Assembly (NCBI GenBank): GCA_050285325.1
Contig: JBLZXS010000213.1
Span: 1 to 46,224, forward strand
Reading direction: 5' to 3'
DNA from: Acinetobacter sp.
Lineage (GTDB): Bacteria; Pseudomonadota; Gammaproteobacteria; Pseudomonadales; Moraxellaceae
Length of the DNA: 46,224 bases
The translations under genes were made by a program, and so were the position numbers. The notes below the pieces were generated by a model. The model made no database searches, was not told the origin of the DNA, and worked only from the letters and a program-made list of their open reading frames with translations. Positions within the stretch are counted from its first letter, which is position 1; each line of letters begins with the position of its first letter. This document shows, piece by piece, positions 9,831 through 19,498 of the stretch.

Positions 9831-11879
9831 TTATTTAAGCTGGATATTCTGTATTTCAGCATCAAAGTTTTGCAGAAGATCATTCACTGCTGCTTCAGCA
9901 TGAAGTAACTCTGAAGCACGGGCATAGGCTTTTTCTTTACGTATATTTTGCATGCTATACGGGGTGGTCGTTTCTAATTCTGCATATTTGACCTGAAAAT
10001 GCGTATGCGGCCATTCAGTTTTCAAGGCTTGCTCTAAGGCATGTTGTAACTGATTCAACAACTGTTCATATTGCGGTGGAATCTGAAATAACGATTCGCC
10101 ATCAATTTGACCGCTCATTACCCCTTGTTGTGCCAATTCCTGTACTGCGGGTGATAATGCACTATTTCTAAACCAGTATTCCCACTTCTCTACTGTCCAC
10201 TCACCTTCAAGCTGTTGAGGGGCAAGTCTTAAAATATCTTGGGGCATCAAGTTTGAATTTTGAGTCGACATCATTTCAACCGCAACTTGCTTTTCTTCAA
10301 GACTCGGTTGTTCTAATTCAAGAATCGGCTCAATCGGCATCTGTTCTTGGCTTAGAAATAAATCTTCATCGCGAGCTGAGACATCATCATTTTGGACGTT
10401 TACCTCTTCCGCAATGACTGCATTTGGTAAAGGCGCGATTGCATCAAATAAGAAATCATCACTACTTGGTTCATGCTGAGTCGCTGCACTCACTTCATCA
10501 TGTGATTCATCCAGGTCAAACAGACTATCTTCAGATGCTGGATCAAAGACAATTTGATCTGAGCGTGCTGTTGAATTTAGGTCTGTAACTTCAAGCATCG
10601 GTTCATCCAAGAAATCATCTGAAGATGGTTCTTGAATCTGCGTACTTACTACAGATGGAATTTCAGCAACGGGTGCTGCGGGTACTTGATATTCTTCAAC
10701 GTATGGTTGTGCATTTTGGACAGCTGCTTGAACAGCGATCTGTGGCGCTTGTTGCTGAACCTGTTGTGGTGCCGAGATCAAAACCTCATTCGGCTGTAAT
10801 GGACGGAACGCGAGTAAACGCAATACGCACATTTCAAAGCCCTGTTCTTGGGTTACGGCAAGTTGCAAGTCGGCACGGCCTTTACACGCCACCTGATAAT
10901 ACAACTGCAAATCTTGTGCAGCAATGAGCTGCGATAATTGCATGATTTTTTTATTAATTTCAGCACTATATTTCAGGCTTAAATCTGGCAAATATTGCAG
11001 TAAAGCCAGTTCATGTAGGGTTGAAATCAGCTGATCTAAAACCAGTGAAACATCTAAAGCCTGTTGTCTGAATTGCATCAACAATTCGCTTACATGCTGC
11101 TTTTGATTTTGATGAATCGCCAAAACCAGATCATAAATAATGGTGCGGTCAATCAATCCCAACATTTCTTTGACATCTTGATGCTGAATTTCACCTTGAC
11201 CATAAGCAATCGCCTGATCTGTTAAAGACAATGCATCGCGTACTGAACCTTGTGCAGATTCAGCAATTTGCCAGATTGCATCTTGTTCTGCCTGAATCTG
11301 TTCCTGATTTAAAATATGCGTCAGGTGTTCAGTAATTTCATCTACAGCAAGCGGACGCAAGGTAAATTGCAAACAACGAGAAATGACGGTAATTGGAAGC
11401 TTTTGTGGATCGGTCGTTGCAAAAAGAAATTTGACGTGTTCAGGCGGCTCTTCTAATGTTTTCAGTAACGCATTGAATGAGTGCGTAGACAGCATATGCA
11501 CTTCATCGATCAGGTAAACCTTAAAACGACCTTGGGTTGGCGCATACGGTACGTTATCAAGTAATTCACGTGTATCTTCAACTTTAGTACGTGAGGCAGC
11601 ATCAATTTCAATTAAATCGATAAAACGACCTTCGTTTACCGCTTTACAGGTTGGGCATACTTCACATGGTGTAGAGGTCACGCCCGTTTCACAGTTCAAG
11701 CACTTTGCCAAAATACGCGCAATCGTGGTTTTACCTACGCCACGTGTGCCGGTAAATAAATACGCATGATGTAAACGACCACGTTCCAAAGCACTGGTCA
11801 GTGCTCGTGACACATGGTTTTGTCCAACCAGTTCATTAAAATTACGTGGACGGTATTTACGCGCAAGTACTTGATACAT
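9831..11879 (-). CDS. dnaX: DNA polymerase III subunit gamma/tau
   Basis: LARKYRP, GTRGVGKT Walker A, Cys4 zinc module, IDEVHMLS, SRC. Confidence 0.97.
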   Translation of the reverse strand: MYQVLARKYRPRNFNELVGQNHVSRALTSALERGRLHHAYLFTGTRGVGKTTIARILAKCLNCETGVTSTPCEVCPTCKAVNEGRFIDLIEIDAASRTKVEDTRELLDNVPYAPTQGRFKVYLIDEVHMLSTHSFNALLKTLEEPPEHVKFLFATTDPQKLPITVISRCLQFTLRPLAVDEITEHLTHILNQEQIQAEQDAIWQIAESAQGSVRDALSLTDQAIAYGQGEIQHQDVKEMLGLIDRTIIYDLVLAIHQNQKQHVSELLMQFRQQALDVSLVLDQLISTLHELALLQYLPDLSLKYSAEINKKIMQLSQLIAAQDLQLYYQVACKGRADLQLAVTQEQGFEMCVLRLLAFRPLQPNEVLISAPQQVQQQAPQIAVQAAVQNAQPYVEEYQVPAAPVAEIPSVVSTQIQEPSSDDFLDEPMLEVTDLNSTARSDQIVFDPASEDSLFDLDESHDEVSAATQHEPSSDDFLFDAIAPLPNAVIAEEVNVQNDDVSARDEDLFLSQEQMPIEPILELEQPSLEEKQVAVEMMSTQNSNLMPQDILRLAPQQLEGEWTVEKWEYWFRNSALSPAVQELAQQGVMSGQIDGESLFQIPPQYEQLLNQLQHALEQALKTEWPHTHFQVKYAELETTTPYSMQNIRKEKAYARASELLHAEAAVNDLLQNFDAEIQNIQLK

Positions 11880-12013
11880 GTATGCTCCTTTTTACAGGTC
11901 TAAGCATACTGTTTTTTTAGCTAAGAGTGAATGAACAATCTGCAAAAGCTTTCAATCAAATGATAGATAAGTGGAACTATTTTTCCGATTTTGAAATAAA
12001 TTATACAAATGAA

Positions 12014-12475
12014 CTATACATTCTTTTCTAAAATGAAATCATCTTCCGAAACATACATATTTCCTGTCTGATCTTCCAGAATTTCAATCAGTTGCTGATC
12101 TAAATCGACATAGATTAAATTGCGAGTCTTAACCTGCATTAATTCCAGTTGGGTCTGTTCACTATTGCTAAATCGGAAATTGCCTTTAATGGTTTCGATC
12201 TCATTATGACCACTTAAACTTTCACGTTTTAAAATATAGGTTTTGTCCTGATTGAGCACTAAATCTACAGCCATTCCCGGACACTCCTCACAACGTGAAA
12301 TACAGCCCATACACGGCGTCGTGCCTTGATATTTTCCGACCCATTTCGCAACTGTGACTTTCTGCTCGGAAACCTGATCGACTTGCTGGCTATTTTTACT
12401 ACTTGTTGGAGTCGAATCCTGACAGCCTAACAACACAGAAGAAGCAATTAAGGGAATAAGAAGTGGCTTTTTCAT
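12014..12475 (-). CDS. NlpE N-terminal-domain lipoprotein
   Basis: Lipobox LLGC; YQGTTPC...CPG resembles the NlpE GxLPCADCxG motif. Confidence 0.7.
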   Translation of the reverse strand: MKKPLLIPLIASSVLLGCQDSTPTSSKNSQQVDQVSEQKVTVAKWVGKYQGTTPCMGCISRCEECPGMAVDLVLNQDKTYILKRESLSGHNEIETIKGNFRFSNSEQTQLELMQVKTRNLIYVDLDQQLIEILEDQTGNMYVSEDDFILEKNV

Positions 12476-12578
12476 CAGGACAACCCAATGTAGAGATTTT
12501 GGTGTGGGGAAAATATCACACTTTTTACCGAATTTATGCCTTCAGAATATACATTTATATTTCCAAATAATATGCTAC

Positions 12579-13829
12579 TTAAAACCAGCCCTTACGCCCT
12601 GTTAATACTGCATCTGCACAACGTAAGGTTTCCTGGGTTAAACCCCACAGACGATAATCACCCGTGATCGAACCTGTAGCAAAACTATGCGTATAAGCAA
12701 AGCTTAGATTACGCTCAGGGTCACACCATGCACCAGAACCATTAAAACCCATATGCCCAAAACCTGTTGATGATTTCCCTAAAGTTAAAACTCGGTGATA
12801 ACCCAAACGCCAATGCATCGGTAAGGGCATAATACGGTCACGCTGGGTATATTGGACTGTACTTAAATTTTTAAAGGTCTCGGGACGAATCAATTGCTGC
12901 CCCTTCCATTCACCACCATTCGCCAGCATGGCATAAATTTTTGCTAGACTATTTGCAGTGAAGACACCATTTGCAGCGGGAATCACCGCTTTTAAACCTT
13001 CATCACTAAAGAAACTAAATTTCTTCATCCCTTTGGGAATCATGGCATCTTGAAAATCTTGAGGGTTCTGTCCTGACCATTTAATTGCCTTATCGAAGAC
13101 TGAAGCTTTCTTTTGTTTGGGTTTTACTTGTAATGCAGGCTTTGGTTCTGTTTTTAATTTTGCCAATAGTCTTGCAACCTGAGCCAATTCAGATTCAGCA
13201 ACACCAAAGTACGCACCATCTAATTGCAGTGGCTGTACAAGATACTGCTGCATTAAATCTGACAAAGATTTTCCTGTGGCCTTTTCAAGCGTACCACCCA
13301 CTTGCCAGCCAAATGTTAAGGGTTGATAAGCGGCGTCTGTCGCCATTTCAAAACGTGGTTTGGCTTTAGCAATGACATCAAGCATATGTGACCAGTCCGC
13401 CATTTCCGATGCTGTTTCAATCTGATTGCGAATATCATATAAACCACTTTGATGACTGAGTATATGCCTTAAAGTGATTTGCGCTTTACCATTTTGTGCA
13501 AATTCAGGCCAATACTGTGCAACTGGCGTGTCGTAATCCAAGAAACCTTCGCTCACTAAAATATGAGCCAGTGTCGAAAGTACCCCTTTGCCGGTGGAAT
13601 AGCACACTGACAGAGTATCGGATTGCCAGTTTTCAGTTTCTGATTTTTTACCTGTGTAAATATCAACGACTTTTTGCCCCTGGAAATAAACGACTAGGGC
13701 TGCCCCACCTAAATCTGTCCGTGCATCCTGCATCCGGCTAAATTGTTTAGCGAGGTCTTCAAATCGTTTATCCACTTTGCCTCGATAATTCTGAGTATTG
13801 GCGAAGATATATTCTTTTATTTTGTTCAT
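12579..13829 (-). CDS. Beta-lactamase-family serine hydrolase (family VIII esterase)
   Basis: STGK (SxxK), WPEFAQNGK, ILSHQSGL, FGHMGFNGS. Confidence 0.88.
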   Translation of the reverse strand: MNKIKEYIFANTQNYRGKVDKRFEDLAKQFSRMQDARTDLGGAALVVYFQGQKVVDIYTGKKSETENWQSDTLSVCYSTGKGVLSTLAHILVSEGFLDYDTPVAQYWPEFAQNGKAQITLRHILSHQSGLYDIRNQIETASEMADWSHMLDVIAKAKPRFEMATDAAYQPLTFGWQVGGTLEKATGKSLSDLMQQYLVQPLQLDGAYFGVAESELAQVARLLAKLKTEPKPALQVKPKQKKASVFDKAIKWSGQNPQDFQDAMIPKGMKKFSFFSDEGLKAVIPAANGVFTANSLAKIYAMLANGGEWKGQQLIRPETFKNLSTVQYTQRDRIMPLPMHWRLGYHRVLTLGKSSTGFGHMGFNGSGAWCDPERNLSFAYTHSFATGSITGDYRLWGLTQETLRCADAVLTGRKGWF

Positions 13830-13878
13830 TAAACTGTGCTTTCCCTAAACCAGTCATTATTTACCCAGAGCTTAAAAC

Positions 13879-13911
13879 AAAAAAGCCTAAATCAGCAATG
13901 ATTTAGGCTTT
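13879..13911 (-). terminator. Rho-independent terminator after the MaoC gene
   Basis: AAAGCCTAAATC...GATTTAGGCTTT stem with a U-run on the minus strand. Confidence 0.7.
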
Positions 13912-13915
13912 GGTC

Positions 13916-14770
13916 TTATAAGGCTTTTATACGACCCGAGACATGCGGTTTTTGGTTCTTGCTATTTCGGATCAGGAATTCGATGTCTTTACCTTCATTA
14001 GCAGTTAAAAACTCAACTTTAGATGGCAAGTACATCGGCAACTTAAACGACACATCTGCTTCATAGCTGTCTGGAAGTGTTAAGCTTGCCAGTGCTTTGG
14101 CTTTGCTCCACATCCCGTGGGCAATGGCCTGTTTAAAACCAAAGGCTTTTGCGGTAATGGCATGAATATGAATCAGGTTAAAGTCACCCGAAGTTAAGGC
14201 ATAACGGCGACCCGTGTTTTCCGACACATTCCACTCTGCTTGCATTTCATATGCAGGTGCTTTTGATTCAGACACTTTCGCTGCAACTTTGCCATTGGTT
14301 TTTTGGCGCGCTAGATAAGTGGTTGTCCCTTCCATTACTACTTCATTATCCACTTTAGCAGTAGTGATAAAGTCAAATTGAATGCCTTTATCATGTGGCT
14401 GTAATTCACCAAATTTGCAAGACAAAGTGAGCTGTTCATTTACCCCAACTTTACGGGTTTGCTTAATCTGGTTACGAATATGTACCAGACCTAAAATCGC
14501 AAATGGAAAAGCCTCAGTGGTCATCATGTGCATTTGCAGGCTTTGAGATAGCACCGCTAAATAAATTGCCGGAATATAACCGTTATTTTTAAAGCCACAG
14601 ACTTCGTTGTAAGCTTTTAAATGTTTCTGATCGACCTTGAATGAATCCACCACATATTCAACTTGCGGTAGCACTTTTTCACCCTTCGGCTTTTTAAAAA
14701 TCAAGCCTTGAATCACTTTTGGATAGGCTAAATAAGGTTTTGGAAGTTGACTAAAATGGCGAGTATTCAT
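13916..14770 (-). CDS. MaoC/double-hotdog (R)-hydroxyacyl dehydratase (HtdX-like)
   Basis: Hydratase motif SGDFNLIH...IAHGMW. Confidence 0.88.
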   Translation of the reverse strand: MNTRHFSQLPKPYLAYPKVIQGLIFKKPKGEKVLPQVEYVVDSFKVDQKHLKAYNEVCGFKNNGYIPAIYLAVLSQSLQMHMMTTEAFPFAILGLVHIRNQIKQTRKVGVNEQLTLSCKFGELQPHDKGIQFDFITTAKVDNEVVMEGTTTYLARQKTNGKVAAKVSESKAPAYEMQAEWNVSENTGRRYALTSGDFNLIHIHAITAKAFGFKQAIAHGMWSKAKALASLTLPDSYEADVSFKLPMYLPSKVEFLTANEGKDIEFLIRNSKNQKPHVSGRIKAL

Positions 14771-14794
14771 ACTGAACCTTTATTAAATTCTTTT

Positions 14795-14950
14795 GAGAAG
14801 TCCTCTCTCCCTTTTAGGGAGAGAGTTAGAGAGGGTTTTTAAAATAAATAATCTCTCCAGATCAATTAATCCCTCCTTGCGCAGCAGTGCTGCTCACCCT
14901 TTAAAAAGGGAGGAGAAGTCCCCTCTTTGAAAGAGGGAGATTTAGGGGAA
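14795..14950. repeat. Cluster of palindromic intergenic repeats (REP/CIR-like)
   Basis: Two units start GAGAAGTCC: CTCTCTCCC-tttta-GGGAGAGAG-TTAGAGAGGG and CCCTCTTT-g-AAAGAGGG-AGATTTAGGGGA; an inverted unit CCCTTTAAAAAGGG with a GCAGCA-g-TGCTGC hairpin lies between them. Confidence 0.75.
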
Positions 14951-14953
14951 TTA

Positions 14954-16345
14954 TTAAGCCCCTAACAAGCTTTGACCACACACACGAATCACGTTGCCAT
15001 TTAAACCTGTAGAAGCAGAAGATGCAAATAATGCAATGGTTTCAGCAACATCTACAGGTAAACCACCTTGGCTCATCGAGTTCATACGGCGGCCTGCTTC
15101 ACGAATGGCAAATGGAATTGCAGCAGTCATTTGCGTTTCGATAAAACCAGGAGCAACGGCATTAATGGTTACCCCATTTTTCAATAATGGCGCGGTGAAT
15201 TTAACCACCCCAATGACACCCGCTTTAGATGCTGCATAGTTGGTTTGCCCTAAATTACCTGCGATCCCTGAGATAGAAGATACACACACAATACGACCAT
15301 TTGTATTGAAGCCATCATTTTCAAGAAGGTAATCATTGACACGCTCAATTGCAGATAAATTAATGTTGATCACCAGATCCCATAACTCAGGCTTCATGTT
15401 TGCCAAAGTTTTGTCACGGGTAATCCCTGCATTATGCACGATAATATCCAGACCGCCTTGAGCAGCTGCTGCAGCCTTAATTTTTTCACCAGCGTCGCTT
15501 GCTGTAATATCAATGGCTAAAGTCGAACCACCAATTTCACCGGCAACACGATCAAGGTCAGCCTGTTGTTGTGGAACATCCAGGCAAATGACATGCGCGC
15601 CATCACGTGAAAGTACGTGTGCTATCGCTTCACCGATACCACGGCTCGCACCAGTGACAACAGCTGTTTTACCCGCAAGTGGTTTTGCCCAATCTATGTC
15701 GACTGTTTCAGCTTTAGAAACACGAATCACCTGACCTGACACATAAGCAGAACGTGGAGAAATTGTAAAACGTAATGCGGATTCCAGATTTGCTTCAGCC
15801 CCTTCATCGACATAAACCAGTTGAGCCGCAATACCCTTCTTGAATTCTTTGCCTACTGATTTTACAAAACCTTCAAGTGCACGTTGTGCAATGGCTTGTT
15901 TTACTGTTTTTGCAGTTTCAGGTGTGATGCCAACCACTACAACTCGACCAGACGTCTGGATTTGACGTGCAATCGGATTAAAAAAGTTATAGAGCTCATT
16001 CAGCTGTTCAGAATTTTGAATACCAGATGCATCAAAAATCACGACTTTGAATTTAGATTCTTTATCACCTTCATTAAATGCACTCAGGTTTAAACCTGTT
16101 TTTGCAGCAGCTTGTTGTAATTCAGTATTGTTACCTGCATAGCTGTTGGCATGAATGTTGGCAAGAACTTGCGCCACTGAACCTGACAAGGTGCTAGAAG
16201 GTGCGGCCCCCAAAAGAACCGCGCCTTTAACCACAGGTGTTGCAGACTCAAAACGGTCTAAAGAAATTGGGGATGGCAAACCTAAATTTTTGATGACAAA
16301 TTTACCAATAGGAGATTTCGCGAATGTTTGGTATTGATCAGTCAT
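14954..16345 (-). CDS. High-molecular-weight 3-oxoacyl-ACP/CoA reductase (FabG4-like)
   Basis: Extra N-terminal domain plus SDR domain: TGASRGIG, HNAGITRD, YAASK. Confidence 0.9.
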   Translation of the reverse strand: MTDQYQTFAKSPIGKFVIKNLGLPSPISLDRFESATPVVKGAVLLGAAPSSTLSGSVAQVLANIHANSYAGNNTELQQAAAKTGLNLSAFNEGDKESKFKVVIFDASGIQNSEQLNELYNFFNPIARQIQTSGRVVVVGITPETAKTVKQAIAQRALEGFVKSVGKEFKKGIAAQLVYVDEGAEANLESALRFTISPRSAYVSGQVIRVSKAETVDIDWAKPLAGKTAVVTGASRGIGEAIAHVLSRDGAHVICLDVPQQQADLDRVAGEIGGSTLAIDITASDAGEKIKAAAAAQGGLDIIVHNAGITRDKTLANMKPELWDLVININLSAIERVNDYLLENDGFNTNGRIVCVSSISGIAGNLGQTNYAASKAGVIGVVKFTAPLLKNGVTINAVAPGFIETQMTAAIPFAIREAGRRMNSMSQGGLPVDVAETIALFASSASTGLNGNVIRVCGQSLLGA

Positions 16346-16586
16346 GTTTATTATCTCTCATACAAATTAATTTTTGATGGCTTTGAAGATATTCTTTTAA
16401 CTTCAATATGATGTCTAGAGTCTTATATTTCAGTACATCCATCAGTTTCCATGGAATCATACTTGAGTTAAACAATGGATGTCTTGACCCGAATGCTTTG
16501 TGCAATGTCATTGTAGTCAATACAGCTGTTTTTAGATTGTGTTAATGTACCTGCCAAGAATACTTTAAAATGCTTGGAAAAGCCTT

Positions 16587-18104
16587 ATGAGCAAGACAAC
16601 TCAAGAAAATCCAACAGTTGAAAATTCTGCTACGGAAACTGTGTCAAATACATCAAAAAGTACTGCGCGTACAACTAAAAGTTCTGGCACTGCCACAAAG
16701 TCAGCAAGCAATACGACTAAGACGACTCGTCCTCGTTCAACGTCACCACGTAGTAAAAGTACTGCTTCAACTCCCAAAAAATCTCAATCTACAACTCAAA
16801 CTGCTGTTCAACAGGATAAAACCATGAGCCAAAACACTGTTCGCCGCGTTGCTATTATCGGTGGTAACCGTATTCCTTTCGCACGTTCTAACGGCGCTTA
16901 TTTCACTGCATCAAACTCGGATATGTTTACAGCTGCATTAAATGGTCTGGTTGAGCGTTTTAATCTGCAAGGTCAACGTCTAGGCGAAGTGGTTGCAGGT
17001 GCAGTTTTAAAACACAGCCGTGACTTTAACATGACTCGTGAATGTGTGTTAAACACTGAACTTGCTCCAGAAACACCTGCTTACGATATTCAGCAAGCAT
17101 GTGGTACTGGTTTGCAAGCAGCATTCCTTGTGGCAAACAAAATTGCATTGGGTCAAATTGAAGTCGGTATTGCTGGTGGTGTAGATACGACATCTGATGC
17201 GCCAATCGCTTTCGGTGACGGTTTACGTAAAGCATTACTCGAACTGAACATTGCCAAAACTGCTAAAGACCGTTTCAAAGCATTAACTAAAATCAATGTT
17301 AAAGACTTGATGGACGCACCTAAAAACGGTGAACCACGTACTGGTCTTTCTATGGGTGACCATCAAGCGATTACTACACTTGAATGGGGTATCGCGCGTG
17401 AAGCACAAGATGAACTTGCTGCATCTTCACATCGAAAAATGGCAGCGGCTTACGAAGAAGGATTCTTCGATGACCTGATTACACCATTCTTGGGTCTAGA
17501 ACGTGACAACAACTTGCGTCCTGATTCAACTGCAGAAAAACTGGCAAAACTTAAGCCAGCATTTGGTAAAGGTGATGCACGCACCATGACCGCGGGTAAC
17601 TCTACTCCATTAACAGATGGCGCTTCTTGTGTACTTTTAGCATCTGAAGAATGGGCTAAAGCCAATGGACACGAAGTTCTTGCTTACTTAACATTTACTG
17701 AAACTGCTGCTGTAGATTTCGTAAACAAGAAAGAAGGCTTATTGATGGCACCTGCATATGCAGTTCCACGTATGCTTGAGCGTGCTGGTATCACTTTACA
17801 AGATTTCGACTACTACGAAATTCATGAAGCTTTTGCATCTCAAGTGCTTTCTACTCTGAAAGCTTGGGAAGATCCAAAATTCTGTAAAGAACGTTTAGGC
17901 CTAGATGCACCACTCGGTTCAATCGACCGCTCTAAACTCAATGTAAAAGGTTCATCACTTGCTGCGGGTCACCCATTTGCAGCAACTGGCGGCCGTATCA
18001 TTGCAACAGCTGCAAAACTGCTGAATCAAAAAGGCTCAGGCCGTATTCTTGTGTCGATCTGTGCTGCAGGTGGTCAAGGTGTAACAGCAATTATTCAAAA
18101 ATAA
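16587..18104 (+). CDS. Acetyl-CoA C-acyltransferase (thiolase, FadA2-like) with a Ser/Thr/Lys-rich N-terminal extension
   Basis: QQACGTG, HEAFA, GHPFAATG, CAAGGQG; alternative in-frame ATG at 16824. Confidence 0.92.
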   Translation: MSKTTQENPTVENSATETVSNTSKSTARTTKSSGTATKSASNTTKTTRPRSTSPRSKSTASTPKKSQSTTQTAVQQDKTMSQNTVRRVAIIGGNRIPFARSNGAYFTASNSDMFTAALNGLVERFNLQGQRLGEVVAGAVLKHSRDFNMTRECVLNTELAPETPAYDIQQACGTGLQAAFLVANKIALGQIEVGIAGGVDTTSDAPIAFGDGLRKALLELNIAKTAKDRFKALTKINVKDLMDAPKNGEPRTGLSMGDHQAITTLEWGIAREAQDELAASSHRKMAAAYEEGFFDDLITPFLGLERDNNLRPDSTAEKLAKLKPAFGKGDARTMTAGNSTPLTDGASCVLLASEEWAKANGHEVLAYLTFTETAAVDFVNKKEGLLMAPAYAVPRMLERAGITLQDFDYYEIHEAFASQVLSTLKAWEDPKFCKERLGLDAPLGSIDRSKLNVKGSSLAAGHPFAATGGRIIATAAKLLNQKGSGRILVSICAAGGQGVTAIIQK

Positions 18105-18128
18105 TCTGGTGAATTTCACGTTGTAAGC

Positions 18129-18165
18129 AAAAATCCCTCGGACGTTTAACTTCCGAGGGATTTTT
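18129..18165. terminator. Bidirectional terminator
   Basis: AAAAATCCCTCGGA...TCCGAGGGATTTTT. Confidence 0.85.
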
Positions 18166-18194
18166 AATTTTATAGATTGATTAGAATTCAGGCT

Positions 18195-18722
18195 TTATCG
18201 TGTAGCACGATCCCAAGCTTCTTTAACGGCAATTCTCGCTTCATTCCAGGTTAAACGCGACAATCCTTTCTCATGATCCCATTTAATTTTTAGATCACTT
18301 TCTACTTCTTCAAAACGCGTACTTGCATCATAGTGATGACGGTTTTCATACCCAATTCGATAGGCATTTTCATAATCTCGCTCATAATCCAGGTCTGAAT
18401 AGGTCGTCAGCGTCTCGGCATAATAAGGCGTGGTATGTGCGGTCTCTCTCCAATAAGCTTCTTCTTCGGTCGGGTTTACTGCTTCAGCGGCACCTTTACC
18501 TGCCAAACCACCGACTACTGCACCTACGGCACCACCAACCAATGCGCCAATTGGGCCACCCATTGCCCCCACTGCTGCTCCTGCTGTTGCACCACCCACT
18601 GCACCTACTCCTGTTCCGACTGGATGTGCACCCGGCTCACCTGTAATTGGATCTGCATTTAAATCATCTCGAGCATCTTTAGGAAGGTTTTTTACAACGT
18701 CACGATCAAATTTATCATTCAT
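18195..18722 (-). CDS. Glycine-zipper protein of unknown function
   Basis: DPITGEPGAHPVGTGVGA followed by GxxxG repeats; C-terminal EAYWR...W..AR.A. Confidence 0.75.
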   Translation of the reverse strand: MNDKFDRDVVKNLPKDARDDLNADPITGEPGAHPVGTGVGAVGGATAGAAVGAMGGPIGALVGGAVGAVVGGLAGKGAAEAVNPTEEEAYWRETAHTTPYYAETLTTYSDLDYERDYENAYRIGYENRHHYDASTRFEEVESDLKIKWDHEKGLSRLTWNEARIAVKEAWDRATR

Positions 18723-18979
18723 ATTGGTATTATCCCTTTATCATGCTTTTAAAATTACGTTTAAAACAGCTTATAAAAATCCTGCACTTTTCTCATGTTT
18801 AAGCAGTGCAAATTTTAATATAAAGGAGACTCATCGGCAGATATGCAGCAAACTGTCAGTTTTAAGTTAAGGAATGTACAGAGTGAGATCAAAATCTTTT
18901 CCACAATAATAAAGAACACCAAAACAGTTATTTTTAACTTAAAAAAACAAAAGTTATTGATTTAAATATTAATGGATTT

Positions 18980-19414
18980 TTAGCTTATGCCTGATAAGCC
19001 CGATTGAGCCTTAAAATGATTTTCAATCGCGTCATAGCACCACTGGAAAATAAAAGTATATACCAGAATGCACATGGTCATACTGAAATCCAGCAAAACT
19101 GCTTGCCAAATACTCATATTGAGCGCATAGGCCACCATCGGAATTGTGGCCAACATCAGGCCCCCTTCAAAACCAGTCGCATGCAGAATACGTACACCAA
19201 TGGTTCTTTTTAGTTTTCGTTTAGCTTCAAACTTTTCAAAGAAATGGTTAAACAGCATATTCCAAATCACAGAAGTCACTGCCATGGCAATGCCGAGCTT
19301 ACCGGTTACTTCCATTGACATATCGAAAATAAAGCTTAATGCAATCGCGATAATCGCCAGCAGAATAATCTCATAGCTCAGGGCATGGACAATCCTTCTT
19401 TTGGAAATCAACAT
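18980..19414 (-). CDS. aceI: PACE-family efflux protein (chlorhexidine/diamine exporter)
   Basis: MLISKRRIVHALSYE, WNMLFN, RILHATGFEGGL, YTFIFQWCYD; start placed at ATG 19414. Confidence 0.9.
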   Translation of the reverse strand: MLISKRRIVHALSYEIILLAIIAIALSFIFDMSMEVTGKLGIAMAVTSVIWNMLFNHFFEKFEAKRKLKRTIGVRILHATGFEGGLMLATIPMVAYALNMSIWQAVLLDFSMTMCILVYTFIFQWCYDAIENHFKAQSGLSGIS

Positions 19415-19482
19415 TTTCATACTCTTTAATGGGGATGAATGCATTTTATTTTGATATTATTGATCAATCGAATTAGATTCTT

Positions 19483-19495
19483 TCAAAAGTTTTGA
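19483..19495. promoter_or_regulatory. LysR T-N11-A box (probable AceR site)
   Basis: Palindrome TCAAAA-G-TTTTGA between divergent aceI and aceR. Confidence 0.55.
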
Positions 19496-19498
19496 TAG

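Noticed and set aside
9831..11879. E. coli-type dnaX -1 frameshift site
   Set aside because: I found no A_AAA_AAG followed by a stem-loop after domain III. The A7 run near 10946-10952 is inside domain III and has no visible stimulator.
12579..13829. Class C beta-lactamase resistance gene
   Set aside because: No signal peptide and no KTG motif; the features match cytoplasmic family VIII esterases.
14795..14950. CRISPR array or IS end
   Set aside because: The units are degenerate and of mixed orientation, with no unique spacers and no cas or transposase gene.
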